From the NCBI GenBank assembly GCA_013265495.1, contig MU058844.1, forward strand, positions 4,889,535-4,953,534: a DNA stretch of 64,000 nucleotides. The letters are read 5' to 3'. The translations under genes were made by a program, and so were the position numbers. The notes beneath the pieces are model-generated. The model was not told the origin of the DNA. It saw only the letters and a program-made list of their open reading frames with translations, and ran no database searches. Below, in pieces: positions 1-12,798 of this stretch; the stretch's first letter is position 1, and every line of letters begins with the position of its first letter. This stretch comes from Vicugna vicugna (Eukaryota).

Positions 1-1502
1 GAGGCCAAAGTGTATAGAGGAAGAGAATTCTTACTTGAGACTTTTAGTTTAAATGTTTTAACTGCTTAGCTATGATATTGATATATCATTACAACTAAAA
101 AGCCTAATTTATGTATTAAGTTACTTAAAAGATTATTCTCTCTTATTGTTAAAATTGGGGTAGGAGTTTTTTTTTGTTTTTTGAATAGCTGAAAATAATG
201 ACTGCATTCCTGTGAGAAGCAATTCTTTACCAACAGTAAAGCTTTTCTACTAAATTAAAGTTTCTATGATTTTAATATTTTAGTTGATCCTCTTTCAATC
301 TGAGAAATAAAAGTGCACAAGTGGAGATCTGGAAAACATAGGTCCAGTCTATTCCTTGGAATTTCTTTAACTACCAAGCTGACTGAATAGAACTGTATAT
401 TTGTATTTGAGATGTGGATTACTTTTCACTAGAGGTTAGTGCTTAAAATGTGGACTTGAAAAGGTCAGAACTTTTATCCATTAAGCCATCAAGCTTTTTT
501 CTGTAATAAGAGTAGATGAAAGGTTTTAACTTGAATCACAAATGTAAAGTTCAGCGAATGATCATATCTCAAATTGAAAGAACAAGGCAAAACAGCTTTG
601 TCATTCCATGTATTGGAATCCAGTGGTCTAAATGTCAGTACGGAATGACAATATCAAATCTTGGATCATATCACCAAAAGCCAGAAGATAGGGCAGTTTT
701 CAGATTTCTCAGCTAAAATTACATTTATAAATAGAATACATAGTTTGAGCCCTACTTATCTAATACTAGCATGAGTTTAGACTTTATAAGAACATGCTTA
801 TTTCTAATTATATGCTAATAAATTTGATTCTCCATTTAAAACTCAACTATTGTTACTGCTGTGGTATAATATGCCACACACTGAAGAAACTAAGGAAGTG
901 TTTACCTACTACATAAGCAGACTTTAATTGCATGCCTAGTACAATAAAATGAAGACAGATTTGGTTTAATTTTCTTCTGAAATATTATTGTATGAGATAC
1001 TTATAGTTTGCACTGACGTATTTATAGCTCTTTTATTAAATTGTAACATCCAAATATTTTCTAAAACATTACCAAGCTATTGTGTTCATGATTTTTTTTC
1101 CAGAGTGACAAACACTGGCTTCTTTTTATTGTATTTTTTCTTTTTTAATACTGTTTTATTAAATTTAACGTATTTATACAACAAGAGGAGGAAAAATGAA
1201 ACTAGGGAGTTTTTCTGAAATACTGTCTCCCACATATTGGGAAATAATTCATATTTTCTCATAAAGAACAACGACTTTTCATAGTATTCTGACTTGAGGA
1301 AACAGAGATTTCTCATAAGTCATAGCAAATAAAACCACAAAACTGAACAAAGAAACTCTTATTTCTCTTATCCAATGAAATGATCTAATTAGCAAACATT
1401 CTCTGCCATGGCATCCAGCATACTTGAAAGTGTAAATCACCATTCGTATGGTTTACCTTGGGTGCTAATTTTTAAAAGAAAGGTATATGAGGATTTGGAG
1501 TT

Positions 1503-1760
1503 TGTTATGGGTTGGATTGTGTTCCACACAAAGATAGTTTCAAGCCCTAATCTCTGTACCTGTGAATATGACCTTATTTGGAAATTGGATCTTTGCAGAT
1601 GTAATAAAGTTAAGATGAGGTCAGTAGAATGGGCCCTTAATCCAGTACAACTCATGTCCTTACAAGAAGATGGAAATTTGGGTAAAGTCACACAGGAGGG
1701 ATGGTCATATGAAGATGAAGGCAGAGATTTGGAGGTATGCTGCCAAAGAGAAGGCACCCC
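1503..1760 (+). mobile_element. MaLR LTR, MLT1B/C-like, 5' portion
   Basis: Starts TGTTATGGGTTGGATTGTG; contains MLT1 hallmark TGTGAATATGACCTTATTTGGAAAT...TTTGCAGATGTAAT..AGTTAAGATGAGGTCA and GAAGATGAAGGCAGAGATTTGGAGGTATGC. Confidence 0.85.
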
Positions 1761-2353
1761 TGGTCCTACTAAAAACTGACCAGTTTTTCAGTGACCTTAA
1801 TTCTCCTTCAGTTTTTATTCCTACTCATTAATAGACTAATTTTACTGAAATTGCTTTTATTAAAATTAATCCCTTTTTAAGTGTCAGATCAGTTTATGGG
1901 ATATAATCAAAAGGCAACTTTGGTTTTATCTTGCACTGTAAGATTCTTATTAGATCTTCAATGCAAATGTGAGCTGGCTCAGTGAATTTTCAGTTCAGTT
2001 TGAGGAACTAGAATGTCCAGACAGAGCTGTGGTTATTGTAGTTCACAATACCAACTCAGTTCAGGAATCACAGTAAACCATTCCCAACAATACAAAATTT
2101 CCAAGCTCCATTTAGCAATATATCTCTTCTACAGTTTGGTAGTCAGACAGGAGGATATAGGAATGGTAATTCTTTTTTCCCATTCTTCACTCAGCAAGCT
2201 GTGTAATTCATTCTTTTTGTTATCTCCTTGGTTGGAATTTAGGAAGGGAACAGGAGTAAGGGAAACATAAATTATCTTAACTGAATTAGCACTTTCATAA
2301 ATTGTGCTCACCCTCTCTGGGTCTGGCAGATGTTAAAATTGACACTACATTTT

Positions 2354-2712
2354 TTTTTAATTTTTTTTATTGAGTTATAGTCATTTTACAATGTTGTGTC
2401 AAATTCCAGTGTAGAGCACAATTTTTCAGTCATACATGAACATACATATATTCATTGTCACATTTTTTTCACTGTGAGCTACCACAAGATCTTGTATAGA
2501 TTTCCTTGTGCTGTACGATATAATCTTACTTATCTATTCTACATATGCCTGTCAATATCTACAAATTTTGAACTCCCAATCTATCCCTTCCCATCCCCCT
2601 CCTCCTTGGCAACCACAAGTTTGTATTCTATGTCGATGAGTCTGTTTCTGTTTTGTATTTATGTTCTTTTTTTTTTTTGAAGTAAGCCAGAAAGAGAAAG
2701 AAAAATACCATA
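2354..2712 (-). mobile_element. Short lineage-specific L1 3' end with a short 5' inversion (2679-2712)
   Basis: Poly-T then L1 3'UTR (TTTATTGAGTTATAGTCATTTTACAATG...GGCAACCACAAGTTTGTATTCTATGTC); flanked by TGACACTACATTTT (2340-2353) and TGACACTGCATCTT (2713-2726). Confidence 0.9.
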
Positions 2713-4702
2713 TGACACTGCATCTTGAGGAGCACTTTTATTGGCTCCTCGTAAACCCTCAACATTGTCAATCAGTTTCATTTCTCTCTGCAAGATCTAT
2801 CAGAGCAGAGGTAAACCTCCAGATTCGTTTCTGTTTTTGTGCTTGTTTGGTCCTAGTGCGCATGGTCTAAGATGACCATCTCACCATTTATTTCTATCTG
2901 ATATAACTCCCATCTTGTTCGTGACGATAGTCATGCATTCCTTGCCCCAGTGATCTCTGGAAGTGAAAGGTAATTTTAAAGTAACAGGAGCTTACCTTCA
3001 GTGTGTTTCTAAAGTGGTTTGCCATCCCACCTCTGCTGCCTTCCAGAGTCTTTAGCCAGGACTGAGATTCCAGTCTACTTTTTCCCTCAGTTGAAAGTAG
3101 CACACATTAGGATCAGAGTAGACCACTTGAAACTCAGTCCTACTGTGCCTGAAGTGGAAGCACCCCATATTTTTACCATAGAGACGATGATGGCAGTGAG
3201 ACTAACAACTTTATCCAAAGGCATTCTTAGAAAAAATCTCATTTCTAAAATCTTTCTTCTTTTCCTGCACTAACTCCTTTGTCTATTCCTTATTTGGATG
3301 AGAGTTCAAAGAATGAAAAATTTTTCCAAATTATCAAAAATTTCACTTGTATATCCTGCATTCTGAAAATCCTGAAATTTATATTGGTATGTCCCCAAAT
3401 ATTTCCACTTTAACATCTTCCCTAATCTGCATCAACTCTTGTCTTAGATAAAGTAACACTAGTGGTTACAACATTTCCTTGTGTTAACAAAAGAGAATTT
3501 TATATTTTCACTCACAGAGTCTAAGATATTACATGAATAGTTGGATTTGGATAGAAAGAGGAAAATACAAACATTCTTATTAGTGTCACAAGTCTCATCT
3601 GGGTTCTGTGTGATTTGGCTAGTCAGTTCAACCTTCCACTCACAAAGAAATAGTTTATATTTTCTTTTCTTAAACCTTTCATATGCCTTCTCCCAACTGT
3701 TCTCATGTTCTTATTTCCCACAGAAATAGAAGCAGTCAAGGGAGCTAATTCCTGTTTCCACCATCAAATCTAACCTACCTGCATATCCATCCATAGCCTC
3801 AGATTTTCTCCTCACTACGGATAAACTATGTGAACTTCTAAGGGCAAGCCTTTTACTTCTGCACTGGAGTCTATCATTTTGATTTGTTGTTATTGTTGTT
3901 ACCGTTTTTGTTTTCCTTGCCAGCACAGGAATCTTGCTTCTAGAGTTGTTTTTGCCTCTACAGCATCATGTAATTTCCCTCCTCTTCTGGGTTATTTTAT
4001 TAGCGTCAATTATTTACCATCTTAAAAATAAAACCCTTTCACCCCCTATTTCTCTCTGGTCACACATTTCTTTTTACTCCTTAGGGTAAAACCCTTTTTA
4101 AAAAGTTGGCTATACTCCCAGTGTCCATTGAGATTCCTCAATTCCCATTCTCCCCAAACCATGCAATTTGTACTTTTGTACTTTCATCCTCATCATACTA
4201 CTGACTATTCTCAAGTGCAACATTGATATTCATATTACTAAATGTAATAATCAATTATCAGTCCACATCTTAGTTAATTTTTTAGCTGCATTACACATAC
4301 TTAACTATTTGTTAAAACTATTTTGTTAATTTCTTTCCAGACTCCAGACTCTCCCTGTTTTCCTTCTTTTTCATTGGCTATTTCCTTTGAGTCTTCTTTA
4401 CTGACCCCTCCTCTCAGTCCAACCTCTAAGCATTTGATTAATTCAGGGCTCAGCCCTCAGGTTTTTGCTCACTATCAGCACTCACTCCTCACTCTGTAGA
4501 TGGCCTCTCCCAGTCTTTTTATATCCAGATGATTACTGATGCTGTATCTCTAGCCACAATCTCTCCTTGAACTCCAAAAGCATATACTTTATTCAACTGC
4601 TTATTTTACACTTAGATACCTAATATGTACGTGAAATTCAAATAAAGCCTAAAAAGAACTCAATCTCATCCTCATAAAAATGCTTTTCCCAAAGTTGTCT
4701 AC

Positions 4703-5350
4703 TCTGGTAGGCAGAATTCTAAGATGACTCTCAAGAGTCTTACCTCCTAGTGTGTGTGTGTGTGTGTTTGTGTGCGTGTGTGTGCACGCGTGTGTGTATC
4801 TCCTTGTATATAATCTGTTCCACTTGAGGATCTGTGAAAATTATGGGCTATGACTCCTGTGATTATGTTACAATTTGTGGCAAACAAGATTTTACAGGTG
4901 TAAAGTCTCTTAATCAGTTGACTTTGAGCTAATCAAAAGGAATATTATCCTAAGTGAACCTGATCCAATCAGGTCAACAATTAAGAGACAAGAAACAATA
5001 CCCAGGCTCTTCCCACCAACCTTGAAGGGATAAAATACCATGTTGTAGTCATGACCACATGATAGAGACCCGACAGTGGCCTCTAAGCTGAAAACAGTGC
5101 TGGCCAACCACCAGCAAAAAACTGGATCTTAGTCTAACAACCACAAGAAACTGAATTCAGCCAAGAAGTAGTGAGCTTAGAAGGGGACTCCAAGCCTCAG
5201 ATGATACTGCTGCCCTGGCAAACATCTTAATTTCAGCTCTGAACAAAGGATCAGGCTAATCAGTACTCAGACTGTTTATCCACAGAATCCATAAGATAAT
5301 GAACAGATGTTATTTTAAGCCACTAAGACTGTGAAAATTTGTCACACAAA
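4703..5350 (+). mobile_element. MaLR LTR, MLT1E-like
   Basis: GGTAGGCAGAATTCTAAGATGAC start; TAATCAGTTGACTTTGAGCTAATCAAAAGG; CAACCACAAGAAACTGAATTC; TGTTATTTTAAGCCACTAAG end. Confidence 0.85.
4750..4797. repeat. Imperfect (TG)n microsatellite
   Basis: GTGTGTGTGTGTGTGTGTTTGTGTGCGTGTGTGTGCACGCGTGTGTGT. Confidence 0.95.
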
Positions 5351-5812
5351 TTACTTGGTAGAAAAATCAAACATCCACTTCAAAACCTAGGCCAGCAGCC
5401 TTGGAGTCAAACTTGATTCTTTATTTTCTCACAGCCCAATGTTATTTCATCAACTGATCTTATGAATTCTGAAAGTATAATAAAAATGGGACCACTTCTT
5501 GTAACCTCCCTAGCTTATGATCTCCCTATGACCTAGTCGAAGTCTTATAACATGTTGCCTGAACAGCTGTAATATCTTCTAACCAATCTCTTTGCTTCTG
5601 CTCTTGCCCTCCTATAGTTAGTTATAATTATATGATGTCTCTTTTCTATGCTAAATTTTGTACATGCTTTTTATCATATAAAGAAAAAATCCCAAATTTC
5701 TACATGACTATGAGAATCAAGATGACCTGACTCCTGACTGTTTCTTCTGTATTAGCTCCTACCATTCTCCAACTTACTCCCTCTACTAGACACTTACTGA
5801 CAGCATTCCTTT

Positions 5813-6253
5813 TGTGGACTGAAAAAAATGCACAACCTTAAAGTTGAGAATTATGTTTTATTCAGTGGACTTTCTGAGGATTTCAAGCCTGAGATACAAC
5901 CTCTCAACTCTGAGGGACTGATTTGGAGAGGTAAGGGAAGAGCCAGGATATATAGGAGTTTTGCAACAAAGACCAGATAGTCAGAACATCAAAAGATTAC
6001 TGTTAATTAGAGAAAACCAGATATCTCAAGTTAATGAATTTAGTGCTTTTCTATGTATAGGAAGATGCAAGAGTCTGGGCGCATTGAAATCATTCCTTTG
6101 ATGTGTACCTTAACTATCTAGGGCCAGTATCCTGTTCTTTCCCATTCTGAGTCCCTTCTGGGTGCACCTTTTGGGTTGGCGGTAGTAACTGATGGCTTGT
6201 TGGCCACAGCATCTTTTGTTTACTGACATGGTAGGCGACATTTTTAATCCACA
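5813..6253 (-). mobile_element. Solo ERV1-class LTR (cetartiodactyl-type)
   Basis: Termini TGTGGA...TCCACA (perfect 6-bp inverted repeat); 4-bp TSD CTTT (5809-5812, 6254-6257); minus-strand TATA (~5950) and AATAAA (~5858-5863). Confidence 0.9.
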
Positions 6254-6944
6254 CTTTCCTTGAATCTGACAAGCTTATTTTCACCCCAGGGCCTTTGAAT
6301 ATCCTGTTTCCTCTGCCTGTATGCTAATACTCCAAATTTTGTTTGATTTTCCCATTCATTTCATTTGGATCTTTGCTTGAGTTTCTTTTCAGGAAGAACT
6401 TCTTTGATCACCTTATCTACAATGCACTCTGCCTCCCTCATTTTTCTCTCTTCTGTTAGCCTGCATTACTTTTGCATTATAGTAAATATTTATGTAATTA
6501 CTTGTTTAATGTCTGTTTCCTTTTACTAAAAAAAGAAGAAAGTCTATATATCACCCAAACCTAGAAAGATCATAGCATTGATCTTGCATATTAAATCTTT
6601 CTTAGATTTATTAATTCTTTATTTCTTATTTTTATTTATTCCTATTTTATAATGCTTATTTTTATTTCTTAGATTAATAACTTATTAATCTTTCTTAGTT
6701 TTGCTCCAGAATGAATAACTAATTGAAGTCTGCCAAATGAGTGAATCTAAGCTTTCCTTCCTTAGAACTGAATAAGATATTTAAGACTTTACAATGTTTT
6801 GTATATGTAATGTATCACACATGATTTATGATTTGTTTGGTAAAGCTAAGAAAACTTTGTTTGTTGGTTGTTAGGATATTACTAACGTCTATGTCACATA
6901 CAACATATAGTCATATATTTCAAATATTAACATGCATAAAGATT

Positions 6945-7095
6945 ATATTAAAAACAGTCCTATATGCAGATTCTTAGACTCCAACTCCAGAAATTCTGAA
7001 AAAAAAATTCTCAGGTGTGAGCTAAGAATTTATCATTTATCAGAAATATCCTAGAGATTCTGATGCAGGTGGTCCTCAAATACAGTCTGATTAGC
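6945..7095. mobile_element. MER5-like hAT-Charlie MITE
   Basis: ATGCAGATTCTTAGACTCC...AGAAATTCTGA...GATTCTGATGCAGGTGGTCC. Confidence 0.7.
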
Positions 7096-7335
7096 ACGAT
7101 TAGCACATGTAATATATGTCTAAAATATACTTTTTTATTCAGCCAACTAATTGTGTTCCTGCAATTTGCCAGTTACTTTGCAAACATATAAATCACTAAG
7201 CATGTGCTTGATGGCTTGTAAAATGTATTTGAACTAAATCTGTTTGCTAGAGAATGGTAATTTCTTGATTTTTCACCTTTACTTGTATCTCATTTGAGAT
7301 CTTGAGTTTCTCTCATGTTATTTAATGGTCCAGAA

Positions 7336-7627
7336 CTGTGCTGTTCAGTATGGCCACATACAGCTATTGGGCACTTGAAATGTGACTTTTCCAAACTTGA
7401 CATGTGCTGAAAGGGTAAATGTATATGTATATTGTAATGATAATTTTTAAAAAGTAAACAATATTTTATTATTGATTAAATGGTCAAATACTATTTGGGA
7501 TACCTTGAATAAAATAAATATGTTATTAAATTTAATTTTGTCTATTTCTTTTACTTTTCTGATGTGGCCACTAGAAAATTTTAAAATTAAATATGGGTTC
7601 ACATTATATTTCTATTGGACAGAGATG
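7336..7627. mobile_element. MER33-like hAT-Charlie MITE
   Basis: Degenerate TIRs CTGTGCTGTTCAGTA / TATTGGACAGAGATG; GCACTTGAAATGTG; ATGTGGCCACTAGAAAATTTTAAAATTA; degenerate 8-bp TSD GTCCAGAA/TTCCAGAG. Confidence 0.85.
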
Positions 7628-9283
7628 TTCCAGAGAATGACTACTTTTTATGCTTCAATAATTAGTTCAGGGAGACAGCAATTTTTTCTTCAACAAATTT
7701 AAAGTGCTTTTGCAATCCTAATAATGCTTAGATCTTTGGGCAACCTTGACATTTTAAATTACGATTATCTCCAATTATTTTCACTGTAGATGTACTTAAG
7801 TCATTGCTCTTCAAGTATCTGTGGAGTGCCAACCTCTAATGAACAAGAGCATTCTTACACATAAGATTTTAGCATTACCTTTCTCATTCCAAATTTAATT
7901 TGTTTATACAATTTTTATAATTTTTTCTTAAATGGGAAAAATACTTTATATAAACAAATAAAATTAAATGATAGCACTAATGATAACATACAGAAAAGTA
8001 AACATAGTGTTGAGGAAGAGAAAAGCTACATGTATTTGAGGTTTGGAAAGTCCATGTGGTCCTTCAATTATGAAAAACAAATTAGAACCATATATCAAAG
8101 CTGGTATATAAATAATGAAAAAGAGGAAAATGAAAATGCAGATAGGACTGATCACCAGCTGTGCTGGCATGTCTTTGAGAGCAATTAACTTCAACTAGAT
8201 AATAATGAGTGGAGGAAAATGATAAAATTGATTATTTTATAAAATAAACATATCAATTATTTTAAAGTAACCCTTTGTATAGAAAAAGAGAAAGTTGTAT
8301 TTGTTATACTGTTTGAAAATTTAGATCCTTTTATATACAACTAATTTTGTTTACACTTTTGTTTGTTATATTGCTTCATACAATGTAGAAATTTTCTTCT
8401 TCTTCAAACACATGTAAATAATTCAGTTTCATTGGCTTAAATCATTCACAATGCGCTTTCAGTTGAATACCAAAAATGAATCACTATGCAATTATCTAAT
8501 ACCGAATTCCAATAAATTGAATAAATTGAATAAAGTGAACAGCAGAATAACAGATGATAAGAAGTCTACATTGAATGCCCATTTTAACCTAAGTAAAGCT
8601 CCAAATAATTAAAAAATTGCTATCTACCATTATAATGAGCTAAAGAAGAAACAGAAATGTCACAAAGATATCCTCAAAATGTTAATAAGATACATTTTCC
8701 AGAATCACAGAGAAAGTCAAGCAAACATATTGGTTGTGCTCTGCATCTTAATATGGCTAAATCTTAAAATGTATCATGAAAAAAATCAGTATTGACTTAA
8801 CATAATCATGGATCATTTAAATGAATTAGTCATTACTCCATCATGAAATTAATTTAGGCTAATTGTTTAATAGGATATTCCATAAAGGTCAATAGAACTC
8901 ATGATCTCTTTGTAATGATCTATTTGCCTCCTCCACTAGGCTAGCGCCTAGGCACAGTGTATAATACATAATACAGTCTCAATAAATTATTGCTAAATAA
9001 AAGACTCAGTGAAACCATGAGTGGATAAATGAATGTCTTTGACAGCTTAGAGATACTCATATTTTGAAGTCAAAGAAGAACTGGTTTAGGTGACTTCATG
9101 TTTGGGTATTTCTTTACTTACCCAAGTACTTCCAATAATTCACTCTTCTAGATGATCTTCACTTGTGTATATCTGATGTTTTGGTCTGCTTAGCAACCAC
9201 TTCTTTTTCTTTCTTTCTTTCTTTCTTTTTTAAAGAGACACATTCTCTCCAATGAGAAACTTACTGCATGCATAAATACAAAC

Positions 9284-9390
9284 ATTTATTTATGTATTTT
9301 TGTATGTATGTATGTATTTATTTATTTAATTGAAGTACACTCAATTACAGTGTGTCAATTTCTGGTACATAAGCACAATGTCCCAGTCTT
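9284..9390 (-). mobile_element. Very short L1 3' terminus with (TTTA/TGTA)n tail
   Basis: TTTAATTGAAGTACACTCAATTACAGTGTGTCAATTTCTGGTACATAAGCACAAT resembles the L1 3' ends at 2360 and 31345. Confidence 0.7.
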
Positions 9391-9744
9391 CCATTGCATA
9401 CATTTTAAATGAGATTTAACCTTTAACTAAGGTTAGTTGGAGTAGGCTATTGAGTTACTTTAATAGGTGGCTATTGAAATAGGTAAATAATCCCCAATCG
9501 GTTAATAGGAGGAAGCTGATTGTTGGAGTTCTGACTAGGATTTTTTTTATCCAGAGATTTAAGAATGTAATTTATCATCTACTTGTTGTTCTTAAAGTAA
9601 ATTCTCCTTTGTCCTTGAACATCCCACTTATATGAACCAATATAATTCTTCCTGCTTAGGATAACTTGAGATAGGTTTCTGTCACTTTTAGGTATGACCC
9701 TTTCTCATTCTTTGACCATAAACACTTTGTGAGCTTATTTAGCA

Positions 9745-10040
9745 CTTCATTCATTTATTCATTAAACATTTTTTGAGCGCCTGCTGAGAATTAAATGTCT
9801 GGTTCTTTACGAGTTCTAAATATACTGAGATAAATGATATTTAATTCCTGTCTTTGAAGAATGAAGGTTGGAGGCATGCAGGGAGACTGTTGGGGCTTGA
9901 CTGGAGGAAAGTACTATGCAAAATCGTGTAGGAACACAGAAAGAAAATAAGGACTAACTCGGCTTCTTGAGAAAGACTTCCAAGAAAGATTAGATCTGAA
10001 CTGTGTTTTTTAAATAGTGTGGCAATTCATGCAAGGGTAA
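9745..10040 (-). mobile_element. LINE-2 3' fragment
   Basis: TTCATTCATTTATTCATTAAACATTTTTTGAGCGCCTGCT: L2 3' tail in reverse orientation. Confidence 0.65.
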
Positions 10041-12139
10041 AGCAGTTTTTCTCTGCTGTATTTTTTATTAAATTTTGTATATATTTTAATAAGCTTTCAG
10101 TGATTCTAGCTCATATCAACTGTGTTTGTTTAATAATTACCCTTATATTTTCTCTTCTCCATATCTCTATTACAGGATAATTATTTATACTTACAAAAAA
10201 TTTCCCAAAAACATAAGGTCCAACATTAGAGACACAGTTTGTGACTTCAATACGTCTTCGTCATCTATAGATGAAAAGCCAACTATTCACAAGAACACTG
10301 CATATCCTGCAGCCAATATTATTTTTCTCTTGAACCTCAGAAATAACTTCAACAGTAGATATGCCATTATTTGAATGGTGGTATAGAAGCCAATTTAATT
10401 TTAAAATTCATAGATAAAGCAGGTTAAGTGCTACACAGTCAATAATTTTAATTACCTTGCATTTTTCCTCAGTTGATCAAATGCAAAGAGAAGCCATCTA
10501 GGTCTTTGTTTTATGTATGGTCTCCCTACACCTTAGAGTGTCTGGAAGAAAGGCATTTTCTGTGGAAGAGGGGCAGGAAAATGTATCAGAGTAGCTCTCA
10601 CTACCATGGGATAAAACACACAGTTTAATTGAAAGCAACTGAAGAATAAAAAATAGAAGAAAAATATCATCCATTAAAAGAACATCATTTGGGTGACAAT
10701 AAATTTAAGCAACACTAAACATTTTTCCCAACTAGAGGAAAGTTATTATTTTGGATGCTAAGAACATTTTCTCAGTCTGGATTTTAGTACACATACACTC
10801 ATGTGTGCACATTCATATACACCCACATTCACACAAACACAGTCCCACATATCCTGTGTGTGTGTTTATGTGTATGTGTATGTGTATATGTATTGTATAT
10901 TTATACAATAAAATTACATACTTAATTTTATGTGTCCACATATGCAGTTTTAGTGCACAAATAGTGATTCTGTAAACAGTCAACATTTAGCATTATTTTG
11001 GAGGGGATGGAGCTTACATTTTAAATAATGGCATTTTGTTTAATCAGATTCATAATTTCTTTCCATAGGACATATTGGAAAATCTCTGAACCTCAGAAAC
11101 TATAAGCACCATGTCCTCAAGATACACTGCTTCTACATCAAGCAGGTAGGAGTCACATCTACATTTGTCTGATGCTATAGTCAGCACCCTATTGTACTAT
11201 GACAGAGGTAACATAATGCAGTCTAACACAAAGAACTGTGAATGCATGTGATTCTTATTTGGAAGACTGATTTTAATGTAAGGATGAAAATTTATAATTG
11301 CCAAACTAATTTGTCATAGTTAATGAATGGTAACTATCACAGGTACTTAAACTGTCTTCCTAAATATTTTGTATTATACCTGTCAAATTGTTGTAGTGCA
11401 ATTATCTTACACTTTGATTTTTTTCAAATAAAGTTTTTCAAAGTAAAGTTTAACTTTACCCTTATACCTTAGTATATTTCATGCAATTTTATATCTATGA
11501 CTAAAAAGACTTGCAGTGTTTGAGATGCCCAAAGAGGCCATATAGTCTTCTAGGTACTGTATAAATCTTGAGTAGCAATAAATTAAAAAAATAATTAATT
11601 CTTGCTCAACTTTTATTCTCCAGGGATTCTGTATGTCAACATTTACTAATCTTAATTTATCTAACTTTATTTTTAATTTTATCTTTTTTTTAATTTTTTC
11701 TTTCTTTATTTAACTCAGGAAATTTTCATGAAAAAGTAATGTATTTATTATTAGAAACATTTGAGACTTCTCAAGCCTCAAGCAGCATAAAAGATAGCTG
11801 TGTATTTAAAAATGCAAAGAATGCAGACTTCTAGATAATTGCAAGACAACAGAAATAGAGGTGCTAGAGTCTAAAATTTGAGGAGAATTAGTTTTTGAGT
11901 ACTGCCCTACATTATATGTCTTTGGAGAATTTATTGTTTAAAAACATGCTATATCTGTACCTATAAATACTACACTAAGCCTGGTAAACGCACATCAGAT
12001 TTACTTAAAGCATTTCATACCATTCCATAGGTCTGCTGTGACTTTACCATAGACCTCTAGTTTCTTCATATTTTGGTATCATATTAACTGTTATTAATCT
12101 CAGTAGCTCTATCTGCATTTTAATAAACTAAATTAATTT

Positions 12140-12794
12140 GTTAATTAATTCTTATACCAACATCCATTTAAACAGCTACTTTGGGCAAGGGCCTGAGGAG
12201 GTGGGAGTTATACAAAGATAAGTAAGATGTCACCCACGGAGGAGAAATAGTCTTTTGACAAAATAATTAAAATATGGCAAGATAAGGTTATGATAGACAC
12301 GTGAAAAAAACAGGTTGGTGAGATGATGTCAGCCAAGCTTCGCAGAGAAAATGAGGTTTAAGCTTAGACTAGCGGATATGAAATATGTTTCTGTTGGGCG
12401 CAGAAAATGAAGGTGAGCAATCCAGGTAAAGGGAGTGGAATGTGACAAGGCACTGAGACTTCCTTGCGTTGTGGAGTCTATACAGCCTGTGAGAGATGAG
12501 TTTCTGGATTTACACTGTAGCGGGTAGGAAGGAGACATGAAACATATTAATCGAGAGAATAGAATAATCTTACTTTTATTTTAGACGAACAACTGGGAGC
12601 ACTGTAATGAATGAACTGGAGGAGTGGAAACTAGAGGCAAGAATATTGTACAAATAGTGTGGAAGCAAGATCTTGAGTGGTCTCTGAATTTAAAACAATG
12701 GGCAAGCAGAGGGAGAAGGCAGATAGGAATTTACTGATGTATAGATAGTAAGCAACAGTTACTGATTAGATGTTTGCGTTATGGAATATGAAGA
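12140..12794 (-). mobile_element. LINE-2 fragment (interrupted by the LTR at 12799)
   Basis: Purine-rich L2-like: CAATCCAGGTAAAGGGAGTGGAATGTGACAAGGCACTGAG; TTACTGATTAGATGT. Confidence 0.65.
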
Positions 12795-12798
12795 GAGG

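Larger units (their letters stand above)
3700..6530 (+). mobile_element. Degenerate LINE-2, split by an MLT1E-like LTR and an ERV1 LTR
   Basis: Pyrimidine-rich L2-like segments (CAGGGCTCAGCCCTCAGG; CTCTCCTTGAACTCCA; CCTTGGAGTCAAACTTGATTC; CCCCAGGGCCTTTGAATATCCTGTTTCCTCTGCCTG) continuing collinearly across the inserts. Confidence 0.75.

Noticed and set aside
1408..1779. Overlapping 123-aa and 106-aa ORFs
   Set aside because: Mostly within an MLT1 LTR; typical spurious repeat ORFs.
2990..3230. Minus-strand donor AAG|GTAAGC suggesting an exon
   Set aside because: No convincing acceptor and no recognisable peptide in the frames examined.
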